From assembly GCF_963921235.1 (NCBI RefSeq), contig NC_086108.1, positions 56,360,001-56,424,000 on the forward strand: 64,000 nt of DNA, read 5' to 3'. This document shows, piece after piece, positions 12,076 to 25,359 of this stretch; position 1 is the first letter of the stretch; every line of letters starts with the position of its first letter. Position numbers and translations under genes: made by a program. Under the pieces are notes generated by a model. The model was not told where the DNA came from, made no database searches, and saw nothing but the letters and a program-made list of their open reading frames with translations. Source of the stretch: Mobula hypostoma. Lineage: Eukaryota.

Positions 12076-12659
12076 TGTAAGGGTTTCTCTTTTATGTTAA
12101 CTGGCTAATAAAATGGCTTCTCTGTAATGTTAACTGCTGAGGTAATGGGTTTTCTGTAGCAGCATGTTTGGGTTATAACTAGTGATTACGGGACTTTTAT
12201 CCAATGGGAGACATGTTATTTCTTTCTTGTCTGTCTAAAGCTGTTAGTTTGCGCGGGCCTTGGGGAGAAGGCACAAGGAGGATGAAGAAAAAGGATTTGA
12301 CTTGAGGAGTCGGTGGGTTGCCCGACCCCCTGGGCTCTGGGCGGGAGGTTGACGACGATCGAAGGAGGATCAGCGAAGGAAAATCTGTGAGCTCCAACGA
12401 TTTGTGCACTGGACTGTTTAATAAGATTATTGGCGCCTTTTGTTTTATATTTTATTTTCCTATTAGTCTCATAGTCAAATTAAGAGTTAAAAAATCTTAC
12501 TTGTCTAACCGCATATTGTGTACTGTTTGTTATTTCGGGGTACTGATCTGACACAGGGGACACTTCACGCAGCATCCACCCAAACGGGAGTTCGAAAGTT
12601 TGGCCGGGCAGGAGGTTAACACTCCTGAGATCATGCCGCTAGGCAGAGCAAGTATTACA
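12076..12659 (+). mobile_element. Solo LTR related to the LTRs of the Gypsy at 52720-59595
   Basis: TGTAA...TTACA termini, 4-bp TSD CCTA on both sides, long blocks shared with the LTR at 52720-53314. Confidence 0.92.
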
Positions 12660-13942
12660 CCTATACACTAGTTTTTTGTGAATCATGCTGCTCAGAATTC
12701 TGGAAACTCTCACTACCTAAAGAATATACTTATCTTTAATTTTCCTGCCAAAATGGATGCCACATTTTCCCATATCAAACCATTTTTGCTACATCTTTGC
12801 CCACTCAGTTGCTTACATAAATCCCTTTGTACCATCCTTGTGTCCATGTGTCAAGTTACTTCCTGGTTTAGTTTTGCATCACAGCAAAATTAGCAACCAT
12901 ACCCTCAGCACCTTCACCCAAACCTTTTACATGAATTGTAAAATATTAAGGATTCATTTAAGAATACTCTCTGCGGTACATCACCACCTATACATTGCCA
13001 ACCAGAAAATAATCCATTTATGCTCTCCTCTATTTCTTGTCAGCCAAATAATCTCTTATCTAAACCATTATCTTACCTCTGTGATTATGCTAATCACAAG
13101 CTTTAACTTCCACTTCAGACTTATGGAACAAACATTACAAAACGCCTACCAAAAATATAGTACATCCATCTTTTATATACTGCACATCTTCTTCAAAGAG
13201 TTCCAATAACTTGGTCAAAAATGAGACATAATTATGTTAACTTTGCTAGGTTACCTTGAATATATTTTTTTGTTTGAAGGCCCTGCTACAACATCGTTAA
13301 TAACATCTTCACACATTGAAGGGATAGTGGATAAATTAGCTATGATCTTTCAAAATTCTCTAGGTTTAAGCAAAGTCCCTGTGCATTGAAAAAGCATTAA
13401 TGTAATATCCCTGTACATTGGGAAACAAATCAGACGAAGAATAAATGTAGAGGTTTGGTTACAACTGTACAATATGCTGGTTAGACCACACCTGGAAACA
13501 CTACATAAGAGTCTTACGTATGTTTCTTTTTTGAGGAAGCATATATTTGCATTGGAGGTAGTTCAGAGAAGGCTCCACATGTTGATTCCTGAGATGAAGG
13601 GGTTGATGTACAAGGCAAAATTCAACAGGTTTGGCCTGTGGAGTTTAGAGATATGAGAAATTTTTGAAATATACATGATTCCAAAGGGTGCAACAGGATC
13701 AAACAGGTTGTTTAAAATAGAGAATTCAGTTTCAGAATAAAGGGGTGCCAATCTAAGATGAAAAGAAAGAAGATTTTTTTCTCTTAAAGGATCATGAATC
13801 TCCAGCAGAAATGAAGGATGAAAGACAAGAAAATCTGCAGATGCAGAAGGATGAAAGAAATATTAAATACATTCAAGACCAAGATATAATTTGATCTACA
13901 GGGATTCAGTCAATTTTCATTGGAACTGGCAGGGGAGTATAT

Positions 13943-14436
13943 AGAACATAGAATAGTACAGCACAGTACAGGCCCTTCAGCCCACAATGTTGTGCCGACC
14001 CTCAAACCCTGCCTCCTATATAAGCCCCCACCTTAAATTCCTCCATATACCTGTCTAGTAGTCTCTTAAACTTCACTAGTGTATCTGCCTCCACCACTGA
14101 CTCAGGCAGTGCATTCCACGCACCAACCACTCTCTGAGTAAAAAACCTTCCTCTAATATCCCCCTTGAACTTCCCACCTCTTACCTTAAAGCCATGTCCT
14201 CTTGTATTGAGCAGTGGTGCCCTGGGGAAGAGGCGCTGGCTATCCACTCTATCTATTCTTCTTATTATCTTGTACACCTCTATCATGTCTCCTCTCATCC
14301 TCCTTCTCTCCAAAGAGTAAAGCCCTAGCTCCCTTAACCTCTGATCATAATGCATACTTTCTAAACCAGGCAGCATCCTGGTAAATCTCCTCTGTACCCT
14401 TTCCAATGCTTCCACATCCTTCCTATAGTGAGGTGT
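13943..14436 (-). mobile_element. Young CR1 3' fragment
   Basis: Clean ORF2 C-terminus (LERVQRRFTRMLPG...RGHGFK...FFTQRVVGAWNALP), 3'UTR and (TTCTATG)-like tail. Confidence 0.92.
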
Positions 14437-14854
14437 ATAGGAACCTATATTTGGAACCAGGTTCAGAATATCTAGGATCTCATTAAAACAGGGTCAAGTG
14501 GACATTTGACCTACTCTTGCTGCTAAGGTAGCGTTGTTAAAATTACATAAAGGTTGTCAATAGCTAAACCTTGCTCTTACATAATTTATAACTGCATTAA
14601 AAAGTAAACCACCAAAAGATGTAGAGCACCACACAGAAAGCTTGATGAACTTAACAAATCAGGAAGGAAACTGTGGAGGGAAATGGACAGTTGCTATTTC
14701 AGGCCAAGACCATTCATCTGGATTGGAAAGAAAGAGGGGATACAGCCAGTATAAAAAAGGTGAAGGTGGGAAGGGGCTGAGCAAAACCTAGTGAGTGACA
14801 GCTGGATCCAGGTACGGGTGGTATGTGTGGTAGGCAGGTGGGGGTGGGAGTGGG

Positions 14855-15125
14855 AATTTTTATTTGTATTTAGAGATACAGCATGAAATAGGCCACATTG
14901 GCCATTCAAGCTGTGCCGCCAGCAAGCTGCCAATTTAACCCTAGCCTAATCATACATCAATTTACAATAACCAGTTGACCTACTAACTGGTAAGTCTTTG
15001 GACTGTGGGAACAAACCAGAACACGCGGGGAGGATTTACAAACTCCTTACAGAGGATGCCAGGATTGAACTCCGACACTCCGAGTTATAATAATGTAATG
15101 CTAACCACTACACTTCTGTGGTGCT
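14855..15125 (-). mobile_element. tRNA-derived V-SINE-like element
   Basis: Head gtagtggttagc...ggagttcaatcc; body similar to 46380-46672. Confidence 0.7.
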
Positions 15126-15287
15126 AAGAAGCTAGTAGGTGATGAGTGGAAATGACAAAGGGCTAAAAATGGAATTTGATAAAGAGGACAATGGACCTCT
15201 CAGAGAAGGTAAGGTGGGGGGGGCGGGGGAAACCAGTGTGAAGACTGGATGATCAGCAAATTGAGAGTGTAGGGGAGGGAAATAAGA

Positions 15288-16130
15288 TTGAATTGACTAT
15301 TTCTTACATCCTTCACATACACGAGGAGTAAAAATCTTTACGTTATGTCTCCATCTAAATGTGCAATGTGAAATCATAGCAATTTACAATAATTTATAAT
15401 AAATAGAACAGCCAATGTAATATAGAGTACACTTAAGTCAGCGTGAGTTTATCAGTCTGAAGGCCTGGTGGAAGAAGCTGTCCCGGAGCCTGTTGGTCCT
15501 GGCTTTTATGCTGCAGTACCACTTCCCGGATGGTAGCAGCTGGAGTAGATTGTGATTGGGATGGCTCGGGTCCCCAATGATCCTATGGGCCCTTTTTACA
15601 CACCTGTCTTTGTAAATGTCCTGAATCATGGGAAGTTCACAACTACAGATGTGCTGGGCTGTCCGCACTACTCTCTGCAGAGTCCTGCAGTTAAGGGAGG
15701 TACAGTTCCCATACCAGGCAGTGATGCAGTCAGTCAGGATGCTCTCAATTGTTCCCCTGTAGAAGGTTCTTAGGATTTGGGGGCCCATAACAAACTTACT
15801 CAACTGTCTGAGGTGAAAGAAGCGCTGTAGTGCCTTTTCCACCACACAGCTGGTGTGTACAGACCATGTGAAGTCCTCGGTGATGTGGATGCCGAGGAAC
15901 TTGAAGCAGTTCACGCTCTCAACCCCCAGATCCATTGATGTCAATAGGGGTTAGCCTGTCTCCATTCCTCCTGTAATCCACAACCATCTCCTTTGTTCTT
16001 GCGACATTGTGGAACAGGTTGTTTTCTTGACACCACTGTGTCAGAGATGACTTCTTCTCTGTAGGCCACCCCATTATTGTTTGAGATAAGGCCCATCAAT
16101 ATAGTGTCGTCAGCAAATTTAATTAGCAGA
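15288..16130 (-). mobile_element. Rex1/Babar-type LINE 3' portion
   Basis: FADDT remnant, then FKFLGIHITEDFTW...FYRGTIESILT.CITAWYG...RTNRLRDSFF (DUF1891-type C-terminus), with a (TTCAA)-like tail. Confidence 0.82.
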
Positions 16131-16658
16131 TGGAGTGATGGGATGGTGCAATAAGGGGAAAAAAACTGGGATAGATGGGAGTGGTTAACAGAATTTAAAG
16201 AAATCTGTGTTCATGCCATCAGGTTGGAGACTACTAAGGTAGAGTCTGTTCCTCCCATCTTCATCTAGCTTCAACTTGACATTGGTAGAGGCCAGGACTG
16301 TCACGTTAGTGTGGGAATGGGGAAGAGAATTAGAATGGCTGGCCACTGGGAGGTCCTGGCTGAAGGCACTCCACGGTGGTCCCCAAATCTGATTTGGGTC
16401 TCACTGATGTTGATGAGGTTGTGCCAGTCACCTGTACATTTCCCTCCATAAGTTCTGCCTGACCTGCTGAATTCCTGCTGAAATGCTCCAGCTTTTTGGG
16501 TTTTGCATCTGAGTTCTAACATCTGCAGTCTCTTGTGTTCAACCAAGAGATGAAAAAGATCTAGAAGTTAAAACTCTACTGTAAATCATTTGGAGGAAAC
16601 CAGAGGCACAATTAAAATATTGCATGAGTTATGAATGTTTCAACAACTTACAACTTAC

Positions 16659-16745
16659 CATTGGATTTTTCAGTGACCAGCAGCAAATCAATCCTCCATT
16701 TTGTTCCTTATATCCAAAGCTTCCATAACCTACTGCTAGTAGGTC
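16659..16745 (-). CDS. DNAI4: DNAI4/WDR78 coding exon
   Basis: Encodes DLLAVGYGSFGYKEQNGGLICCWSLKNPM, a dynein intermediate chain WD motif. ttcAG/GTAAGT sites, 87 nt. Confidence 0.96.
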
Positions 16746-18429
16746 CTGAATGTCAACAAAACACAATTTTTATGTGACATAAAAATATAATCCTAGACTA
16801 TAATCTGGGTTTCTTCCAGAATTCTAGCAATTGTAATTATTTCTTAACATTTTACTCAACTGATCATGAAATATCATCTTATTAGGAACTTCTCTGCAAA
16901 CAGAGAATCCATTTAATAAAAACTCCCCATCATTAAAACTTAAATCCAATACAAAGGTATATGTGCAACATCCACAAAATGGCTATGAAGTATTTTTTTA
17001 AATTTCATTTTGAGATCAGTTTGATACACTGCCTACCATTTTAAAAAAACTATTCTGGCATTCATTCCAAACTTTGCTTTTATCCATATTAATTAACTTT
17101 TCATCCTTAGACCCAGCAGTTTAGTATGGAATAAGTAGATGATAACACAGTGGACTATTATGAATGGATGAACTACAAAAACCTGGAAAATTCATTGCAC
17201 CACACTATTTAGCAGGCATATGATACATGCTTAAGAGTCTAATATGGAACAGAAGAACATAAGTATCAGTCTACAAGACTTCTTAAGCCTATCCAGCCAG
17301 TCAGCAAAATTTAAGGTTGATATGATCATGGCCTCATTTCCACATTCTTACCCTTCTTCAAAATCCTTGCCATATAATCCAAAGATCTGCTTCAGCTTTG
17401 AATATGTTTAATAACTGAGCCTTCACTGTGCCTTGGGATAGAGAATTACCAACATTTATTTGCTCAAAAAATCCTCCTCCTTTCTATCTTAAGTGGGAGA
17501 TTCCTTACTCTGAAACAATGCCACCCAATTCTAGATTCTTTTATGAAGAAAAACATCCACCCAGCATCTGTCCTGGCAAAAGTACATTTATTATCAGAGT
17601 ATGTACACTACACTACACGCAACTTTAAGATTTGTCTTCTTGCAGACAGTCATAAGACAAAGAAACACATTAAAACCCATTAAAAATCCACACAACAAAG
17701 ACCGTCAAACCCCCAAATTGTGAAAAAGAAGAAATTGTGCAAGCAATTGAAAAAAGTAAACAAGTAACGTCAAGAACATGAACAGCAGAGTCCCCAAAAG
17801 TGAGTCCACAGCCACGGAACCGGTTCAGTGCTGAGGCAAGTGAAGCCGGTCCAGGAGCCTATTAGCTGCAGAGCCAGTTCAGTACTGAGGTGAGTGCTGA
17901 TGGTTGCAGGCCACAGCTGTAGTCAGTTCAGTGCTAAAGCAAGTAAACTTCAGCTCCCATAGAACCTTAAATGGTTCAATAATATCAATTTTCATTATTC
18001 TAAAATCAAACAAGCAGAGACTGAACTTCACCACCTAAGTCAACACCATCACACCAGAAATCAACTTTGTGAATGTTCTAAAGGAAACTAAAACTGCACG
18101 ACTTTCTAGAATTGTAGCAAGACTTTCTACTTTTGTATTCCTTTTCCTTGCAATATATGCCTTATGATTACCTAATTTATCTACATGTTAATTTTGTATT
18201 TAGCATTTGAGTACCCCTGCACTCATCTGTTAAGCAAACTCTGAAGACTTTTTCCATTTAAACAGAATTCTGCATTCTCATTCTTCTACCAAAGTGGATA
18301 ACCTCACATAACCATCTGCTAGATTCTTGCCCACCCACCAAATTCAAATACATCTGCATAAGGTTAGTGCCCTCTTAACATCTTGCTTTCTCAGCAATTT
18401 TTAGTAACTTAGCTTGCCTACAGAAGGCA

Positions 18430-19665
18430 GAGGATAGTTAAAGATGGAGTGATCAGGTGGGTGATCAGTGGTGTTAGTAAGGCTGCAGATGACATGAAAG
18501 TTGATGGAGTTGTTGATAGTGTAGAAGGTTATCGTATGTTACAGTGGGATACTGACAGGATGCAGAGATGCCTGAAAAGTGGCAGATGGAATTCAACACA
18601 GAAAAGTGTGAAATGATTCACTTTGGAAAGTCAAATTTGAAGGTAGAATACGAGGTTAATGGCAAGATTTCTTAGCAGTGTGGAGGAATCACAAATAAGA
18701 GAAAACGTGCAGATTCTGGAAATCCAAGCAATACACACAAAATGCTGGAGGAACTCAGCAGGCCAGGCAACATCTATGAAAAAGAGTAAACAGTTGATGC
18801 CTTGGGCCAAGATTCTTCATCAGCTCTTCATCTCTTTCACCAATTGACTTCCCAGCTCTTTACTTCACCTCTTTCCCTCTCCCAGTTGCACCTATCACCT
18901 ACTATCACCTGGTATTTCTTTCTCCCCTCTCCGCGTACCTTTTTACTCTGACTTCTTATCTTTTTTTCTCCAGTCCTGATGAAGAGTCTCAGGCCGAAAC
19001 AACTGTTTACTCTTTTCCATAGATGCTGCCTGGCCTACTGAGTTCCTCCAACATTTTGTGTGTGTGGTGTGGAAGAATAAAGGATTTGGGAGTCCATGTC
19101 CATAGATCCCTCAAAGTTGCTGTGCAAGTTCATAGAGTTGTTAAGAAGGAATGTGTTGGCCTTCATTAGTCAGCAGGTTGAGTTCAAGAACTATGAGGGA
19201 ATTTGCAACTCTACAAAACTCTGGTTTGACCACACTTGGAATATTGTGTTCAGTTCTCCTCGCCTCATAGGAAGGATGTGGAAGCTTTAGGAAGGGCGCA
19301 GAAGAGATTTACCGTAATTCTGCCTGGACTAGATGGCATGTCTTATGATAAAAGATCGAGTGAGTTAGGGTTTGTTTCTTTGGAGCAGAGGATGAGAGGT
19401 CATTTAATAGAGGTGTACAAAATGATAAGAGGCATAGGGTGGATAGCCAGATACGCTTGCGCAGGACAGAGATGGCTAATATGAAGGGGCATCATTTTAA
19501 GGTGATTGGTGGAAAACATGGGGGAAAAATAAGAGGTAAGTTTTTTTTGTTTGTTTGGTTTTTTTACACAGAAAATGGCGAGTGTGTGGAATGCCCTGCC
19601 AGGGATGGTAGAAGAGGCAGATACATTAGGGCCATTAAAGAAAGTATTAGATAGGCACATGGATG
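18430..19665 (+). mobile_element. CR1 3' fragment carrying a Penelope-like insertion
   Basis: CR1 RT C-terminal remnants (EYCVQFSSP, QKRFT..LPGL) on both sides of 18690-19066. Confidence 0.85.
18690..19066 (+). mobile_element. Penelope-like terminal fragment with inverted partial pLTR
   Basis: 18730-18823 is the reverse complement of about 18975-19065. TSD GTGTGGAGGAAT/GTGTGGAAGAAT (18678-18689, 19067-19078). CAGTCCTGATGA...GAAAC motif at 18971. Confidence 0.82.
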
Positions 19666-20725
19666 TTACAAACAGCTGAGGTGCCAACAATGATCCCATG
19701 GTAACCCAATGCTTACAGCTTGTCAACCTAAAAATAACTTGTTTATCCATACTTCCTATTTTCTGTTAATTAGCCTGTCCTCTGCATGTACCAATATATT
19801 ATCAACAACCTGAACTCTAACCCAGTACCTTCATTTGATTATGCTTTTCTAAATATCCTGTACTACTTCCTTAGTAAAGAATTACAATACTTTTACAATA
19901 AGAGATTTTAAATTGACCTATGTTATTGTTACAAGAATCACTCCTTGTGTTTCGCTAGCTCTCTCCTTTTTTTGAACAGAGATGTTACATTTGAGGATTT
20001 TCATTTCAGAATTTGGGGTAGTTTGGAAAATCATAAATAAATCAACTACTTTCTCCTCAGTCATTTTCTCTTTAACATCCCAAGATTCAGGATATTTTGT
20101 CCTGGGACCATGTCAGTTGATGATGTTTGGTTAATTTGTGCCTAACTGGTATCATTCACCATGTTTAATTAGGTAGTTTTGTAGATGTCTGGACACACAC
20201 TGGAATGATTCAAGTAGCTAATTTTTAATTGTTAAATAAAGGTCCTTATTTAAAATCTTTTTATGGAACTAATCTGCCACAAACACTACAGATCTGTTTC
20301 ATCCCAAGGAACATGATCTCTCTTCTCTACCATCTAGTTGTGGTCTTCAAGCCAAAGTTAAAAAAATGTGGAAGCCCTTCCTAAAAATGGGCTTGCAGCC
20401 ATTTCCGTCTAAACAATAATTTTCATCCCTAATTTTAAATGATGCAAGCTGCCTTTAAGTAGCATTGGTTTCCTACATCAGCTAATTTCCCACTGAATCC
20501 CAAATGGTACATTGTCGATATGCAGTCTGAGTAGTGTTAGCAGAATGATTGCCACACTATATTCAGCTGCCAGCACCAGTTTCATACAGCCCATGTTAAT
20601 AATCACAATTTCAAGCAGGATTAAATTTCAAAGTCGCCACATTAACGAAGTTATGCCTTTAATTGTACACTGTTACTCTGATGGTTAGGAATAACATATT
20701 TTGGCATCCCCATAAGATTCCTCAC

Positions 20726-20880
20726 CAAATTGTGTTTGTTCCAGACCATGCAGCTAACGTTATGTCCCTTGGTGAGCCTACATGTAAAGGCCCAGAGTGG
20801 CTGCAATCTTGGACTCGTCATATCCAACATCGTTATGGTGTCTACCACCTCTTCTTCAGCATTAGGTGTTGCATCTGGAT
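20726..20880 (-). CDS. DNAI4: DNAI4/WDR78 coding exon (start of WD40 region)
   Basis: Encodes PDATPNAEEE...PRLQPLWAFTCRLTKGHNVSCMVWNKHNL. AG/GTGAGG sites, 155 nt. Confidence 0.94.
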
Positions 20881-22014
20881 CTAGGTAATATCAAGGATTA
20901 AATATTAAGACATAGAAGACATTACCTAATGAGGAAATAAAAAGAAAAATATGTAAATATCAGTCACCTAACTGTTGAAAAGTTTTGGAAATATGTACTA
21001 AAGATCACTTGATATCTTGGAAGCCTTCATCAAAGAAGCTCTGAGGGATCGCACGTAAAATATTAATCTGATTTAAGGTGCTTCATTGAGAGGAATCTCT
21101 GTATTTAATTGAGCCTGATCAAACTGATGATTAGCTATGGTTCTGCAGATGCAGGCACAACTCCTCTGTTCTTGGGTGTATTTATTAAATTTGCAGGAAT
21201 TTGGTAATCACCTGAGCCAAGTGGTTGGATACACTTCTTCGCTGCCCTCTTAACTTTATTTCAACTATGTGCAGCATAATTCATTTGAATGAAATCAGCA
21301 ACCTCTAATTAAGTTGTAAGTTTAGCTAAGCTTGTTTCAAACTTTACTTTGTGATATATTTATATTTCAATCATTTAACAGTAGTTTAAAGTGATTTTAA
21401 ATTAAATTTTCTTTCTATGTACTTAAATCATGTCTCTCAGTGTTTTTAAATGTCTCTGAGAAGCACTGAAATATCCCCTCTGAAAACATAAGCTATCAAG
21501 GTACTGCTGAAGACAGAACCTCCAGATACATTATTAAGAGATCTGCTTAGTACTTGCTACCTGATATGCTTAGGGGATAATGTTGAACCGTGACTTAAAG
21601 TTTGTTCAGCAGGGTATAGAGAAGATGCCCCAATGTGAGACTTGGCATCAAATTTTGTTTTGCTGCATTAAAGATTCTGTATAATTGCAAGTTGTTTTAT
21701 ATATTTTGCAAGTGCACATCCTGTCACTTGGTGAGAAGGTACAAGCTACATTTTTAAAAAGGTGTCAATGATTATTCTTCATCCAGATTCATTATAAAAT
21801 GAATCTATGGATGCTGTTTTTACAACAATTATATCGAGGATACAACTGTTTCTGACTCAATGATGAAGGGTCAATTTTAAATTGTAACCAAGAGACTGGA
21901 GAAAACAGTCGATGCAAAAACTAAGATATTGTCACTGGGAATACTTAAGGCCAAGATCTAAGCATCTTTTAAAAGAAAGAATACATACTTCAAACATAAA
22001 ATAGCGAAAGCAGC

Positions 22015-22640
22015 AGGTGGGAGGAGAAGATGGCGGTGCGACGCAGTGCGCGCAGCTCTCCGGTGAAATGATATCGTATTTGTTAAATAGGGTACTGTGC
22101 ACAATTCTGATCTGATGGAGACAGATGTGAGAAGGCACAGAGGAACATCTGGAAATTTCTGAAATGCCCAGTTCGCTGCCACTGCTACTGTGCGATGGAG
22201 AATCTCAGGAGGGAAGGCCCCAAAATCCCCGGCTTTGCCTGCTGCTGGCAACCAAGGCTGAGGTCGAACCGTTCAGCAGAGATGGCACTCGGTACTCGGT
22301 GTCGGAGGGCTGATCAGAGCTCGAAGTTTTCGGACGACTCAGAGTCGGACTGTGGTCAGGCATGGCAGGGAGAGTTTTCTTCTTTCTCCCGTCTGCGTGA
22401 GATGTGGGACTTTCGAGAGACTTTGAACGTTTTTTACTGTGCCATGGCCTGTTCTTCATCAAGTTATGGTGTTGTTGCACTGTTGTAACTATATGTTATA
22501 ATTATGTGGTTTTTGTTAGTTTTTCAGTCTTGGTCTGTCCTGTGTTTCTGTGATATCACACTGGAGGAATATTGTATCATTTCTTAATGCATGCATTACT
22601 TAATGACAGTAAAAGAGGACTCCGTATCCTCATTATCTAA
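22015..22640 (+). repeat. Unclassified CpG-rich interspersed element (non-autonomous retroelement-like)
   Basis: GC/CpG-rich island in an AT-rich intron. Starts with AAGATGGCG (YY1-like) and ends with a LINE-like 3' end (ATGACAGTAAAAG...). Confidence 0.5.
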
Positions 22641-22743
22641 AAATTTTGGATTACATGAACAAGACACTGGGAGAATGGATGTGAGGCACTTTTTCTGTTT
22701 ACAAAGTTGTAAGATATAATGTTTCTTAAATGTTAAATTTTAC

Positions 22744-22938
22744 CAGGTATTATAGGTAGCTGTCGATAAGCAGCAAGCTTAGGCTGGAAAATATTCTCCA
22801 TAATGACACGCTCCATAATAAATAAATCTTGTTTCAATTTCTCATTCTTAAAAATTTCTTCCAGGTCCTGCTCCGTTTCTTCCACGGCTTGGACTGTGAC
22901 AAAACTTTCTGAGTCCCCAGATGAAGTGGATCTGCTTT
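22744..22938 (-). CDS. DNAI4: DNAI4/WDR78 coding exon
   Basis: Encodes ...EKLKQDLFIMERVIMENIFQPKLAAYRQLPIIP, a hallmark WDR78 segment. cttacAG acceptor, GTAAAA donor, 195 nt. Confidence 0.95.
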
Positions 22939-23254
22939 CTGTAAGCACAGCAGATACTCTAGATGTCAAAATGTTAATTTTGATTTACTGCAAAGTTTAG
23001 TAGCCAGCTTGGTTCAGTCATCAAGTCACAAAGCCTCAAGAAATGCACACACTTTCTTAACTTTGTCAGGTCATCCATAACATTTAAAAACATATTATTA
23101 TCCACTGCTTTCTATAATAAAACCAGCAAAGGTTAATAAAATAACAGACAAATGGGAAACAAGACACTTAAGAGCAGTTTCTAGATTATTACAATGATCT
23201 TTTTGTCATACTGTATCATGAAATTTATGACTTACAAAAATAAAGTGAAATTAA

Positions 23255-23430
23255 AGGGAGCCGGGGTCATCTACTGTATCCAGTGCTCCCATTGTGACCT
23301 CCTCTACATTGGTGACAGCTGTTGTAAAATGGGGGACTGCTTCATCAAGCAACTCCATTCCATCTACCAAAAGTGGAACTCCCTGGTGGCACAACATTTT
23401 AATTCTAATTCCTATTCCTGCTCTAACCTT
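23255..23430 (+). mobile_element. Penelope-like GIY-YIG endonuclease fragment
   Basis: GVIYCIQCSHCDLLYIG...VAQHFNS. Confidence 0.8.
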
Positions 23431-24950
23431 AGAGTATTACAAATGCACAGAGCTGCACACTGATGCCCTTTACCAAAGTTCCACCTAGTGCTTTTATTGG
23501 AGGTAGTGCAAGTCAACAGCTAGGTATTCCAGACAGGAAATTACTTGGAACTTCACCATTAGAAGTGACTTTCCTACATAAGCATAATCAGTGCCTGAAA
23601 CCCTCTGTATATGCTAAGGAATCCTTATGTCTGATCTGTCTCATCCACTGAGTTACAGAGAAAGTAGGTGAAGTCTTCCCTTCCTGAGTTTACAGCTTGG
23701 GAGTCTTTCCGTGATGAAACAGTGACCTCAAACAGAGAAGAGGCATAGATCAGCAGCAGTGGCCTGGAATGATTCCAAGGCTGGGATCTGGCCTGGATTT
23801 TAACTGTGAGAAAATCCACATATGTGAGCTTTTACTTGAAATTGCAAAAAGTCACAGATCGTAATGAGGATCACATTGGTAAAGCTTATCCTGCATAGAC
23901 ATTGGCCCTAAATAACCACATTTAGGAACAATGATAGATTAGATTAGGAGTGATGAACCCTACAACGCCTTCTTTAAAGTGGTCTCCCTAACTGCAAGTT
24001 ATCCCTATGTCATGCCATCCACTGGACAAATACCCATTGGAAATAGGTTTTGATTGCAGAAAAACAGTTAAGATGCAAGAAAAGATCAAATCATAATTAT
24101 GTGATTAATGTTTTGACTTATCATTGAAATCAAGGAGTGCTATGGAATATCCTGACAGAAAAGTTGTTTGAGTGTGACTGGCCCTTTAAATAGTGCAGTT
24201 TCAGGGGAATTGGTTACTATTCTGAGTAAATTAAGACAGTCAAATTCTGATCAGTGAAGCTGAAAATCATGCCAGAAGGCAAGAAACAAATATTACACTA
24301 ATGCAAAATCTCATGTTAAAATCCTAATCGCTTCAGCAGTAGAGCGACCATCAAATGACATCAACAAGTCTGAAGCCGGCTTCTTTTTAAACTGCCCAGA
24401 ATGGACTCTTCAGATTTTCCAAGTGGCAAGCGAACTTCAATAGAGTTCTCTATTCAGTAGACACATGTACCATCAGCCAAGTTCAAACAGTACAGAAAAT
24501 GAAAATGAACAAATGCCAATTAGTATAATTTTTTAAAGTGGTCACTTTCCAGTACAATGTGAGTTTGCACATTCTCCCCAGTGACAACATGGGTATCTTC
24601 TGGATGCTTCAGTTTCATCCAACAACTTTAATTGGCTACTGCAGATGAAGCTTAAACAGAGATAAATGGCATAATAATTTAGTGAGGTAATATTGGACAT
24701 TGTGGGGAAAAAAGTAGAAAGGCTATAGTAAAATAAAGAGAGCAGAAATGCGACTAATAGAATTCTTGTACATGAAGCTAGCAGGGGACCTATGGACCAA
24801 ACTGCATCCTTCTACATTGTATTAACCAAGTAAACAAACAAGAAGGTAGGAAATCACGATGACCTGGTGCGTAAATCCAGGAAACTTTACTGAGGAATAC
24901 CAGTTGAAATTATCTCTATTCAGTAGACAGTTTAATAACTGCATACTTAC

Positions 24951-25118
24951 CTAATCCTAAAGTACTTAGAGCTGATAAAGTTCGAGTGAGTGTTTTGTCT
25001 AAATTAATCTGTGGTTTTGACAAATTCTTTTTCAGTTTCATTTTACTGAAGGAAGAGTCTTCATGTGGTTCTCTTTCTTTAACGCTATCATATAGGTCCC
25101 ATGTTGTTGCCATAACAG
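24951..25118 (-). CDS. DNAI4: DNAI4/WDR78 coding exon
   Basis: Encodes VMATTWDLYDSVKERE...STLGL. Strong polypyrimidine acceptor ccctttactttccAG, donor G|GTAAGT, 168 nt. Confidence 0.93.
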
Positions 25119-25359
25119 CTGGAAAGTAAAGGGAACAAGCGGTGTAGTTTATCAAATCATCATTTAGACACCACAACTGGCTTTTCAAACATAGAAAGAA
25201 ATTATGCTGATATAAACAACTGGGAGCAGGCTTTGGCATGACTGGGAGGATGTGGGGTGAGTAAGAAATGCATGTAATCTCAAGAGTTGAAATTCACGAT
25301 ATTTAAACTCCCCAGCCCCTTCTCCACATGATTGATTAATTTGCATCTTATCATATATT

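Larger units (their letters stand above)
14610..16545 (-). mobile_element. Old Penelope-like fragment interrupted by a V-SINE and a Rex/Babar LINE
   Basis: Degenerate hammerhead-like terminus at about 14687-14726, purine-rich UTR, and a GIY-YIG C-terminal remnant at 16190-16420. Boundaries approximate. Confidence 0.6.

Noticed and set aside
12757..13209. 150-aa ORF
   Set aside because: Lies over a highly decayed minus-strand CR1-like remnant, with no recognisable protein features.
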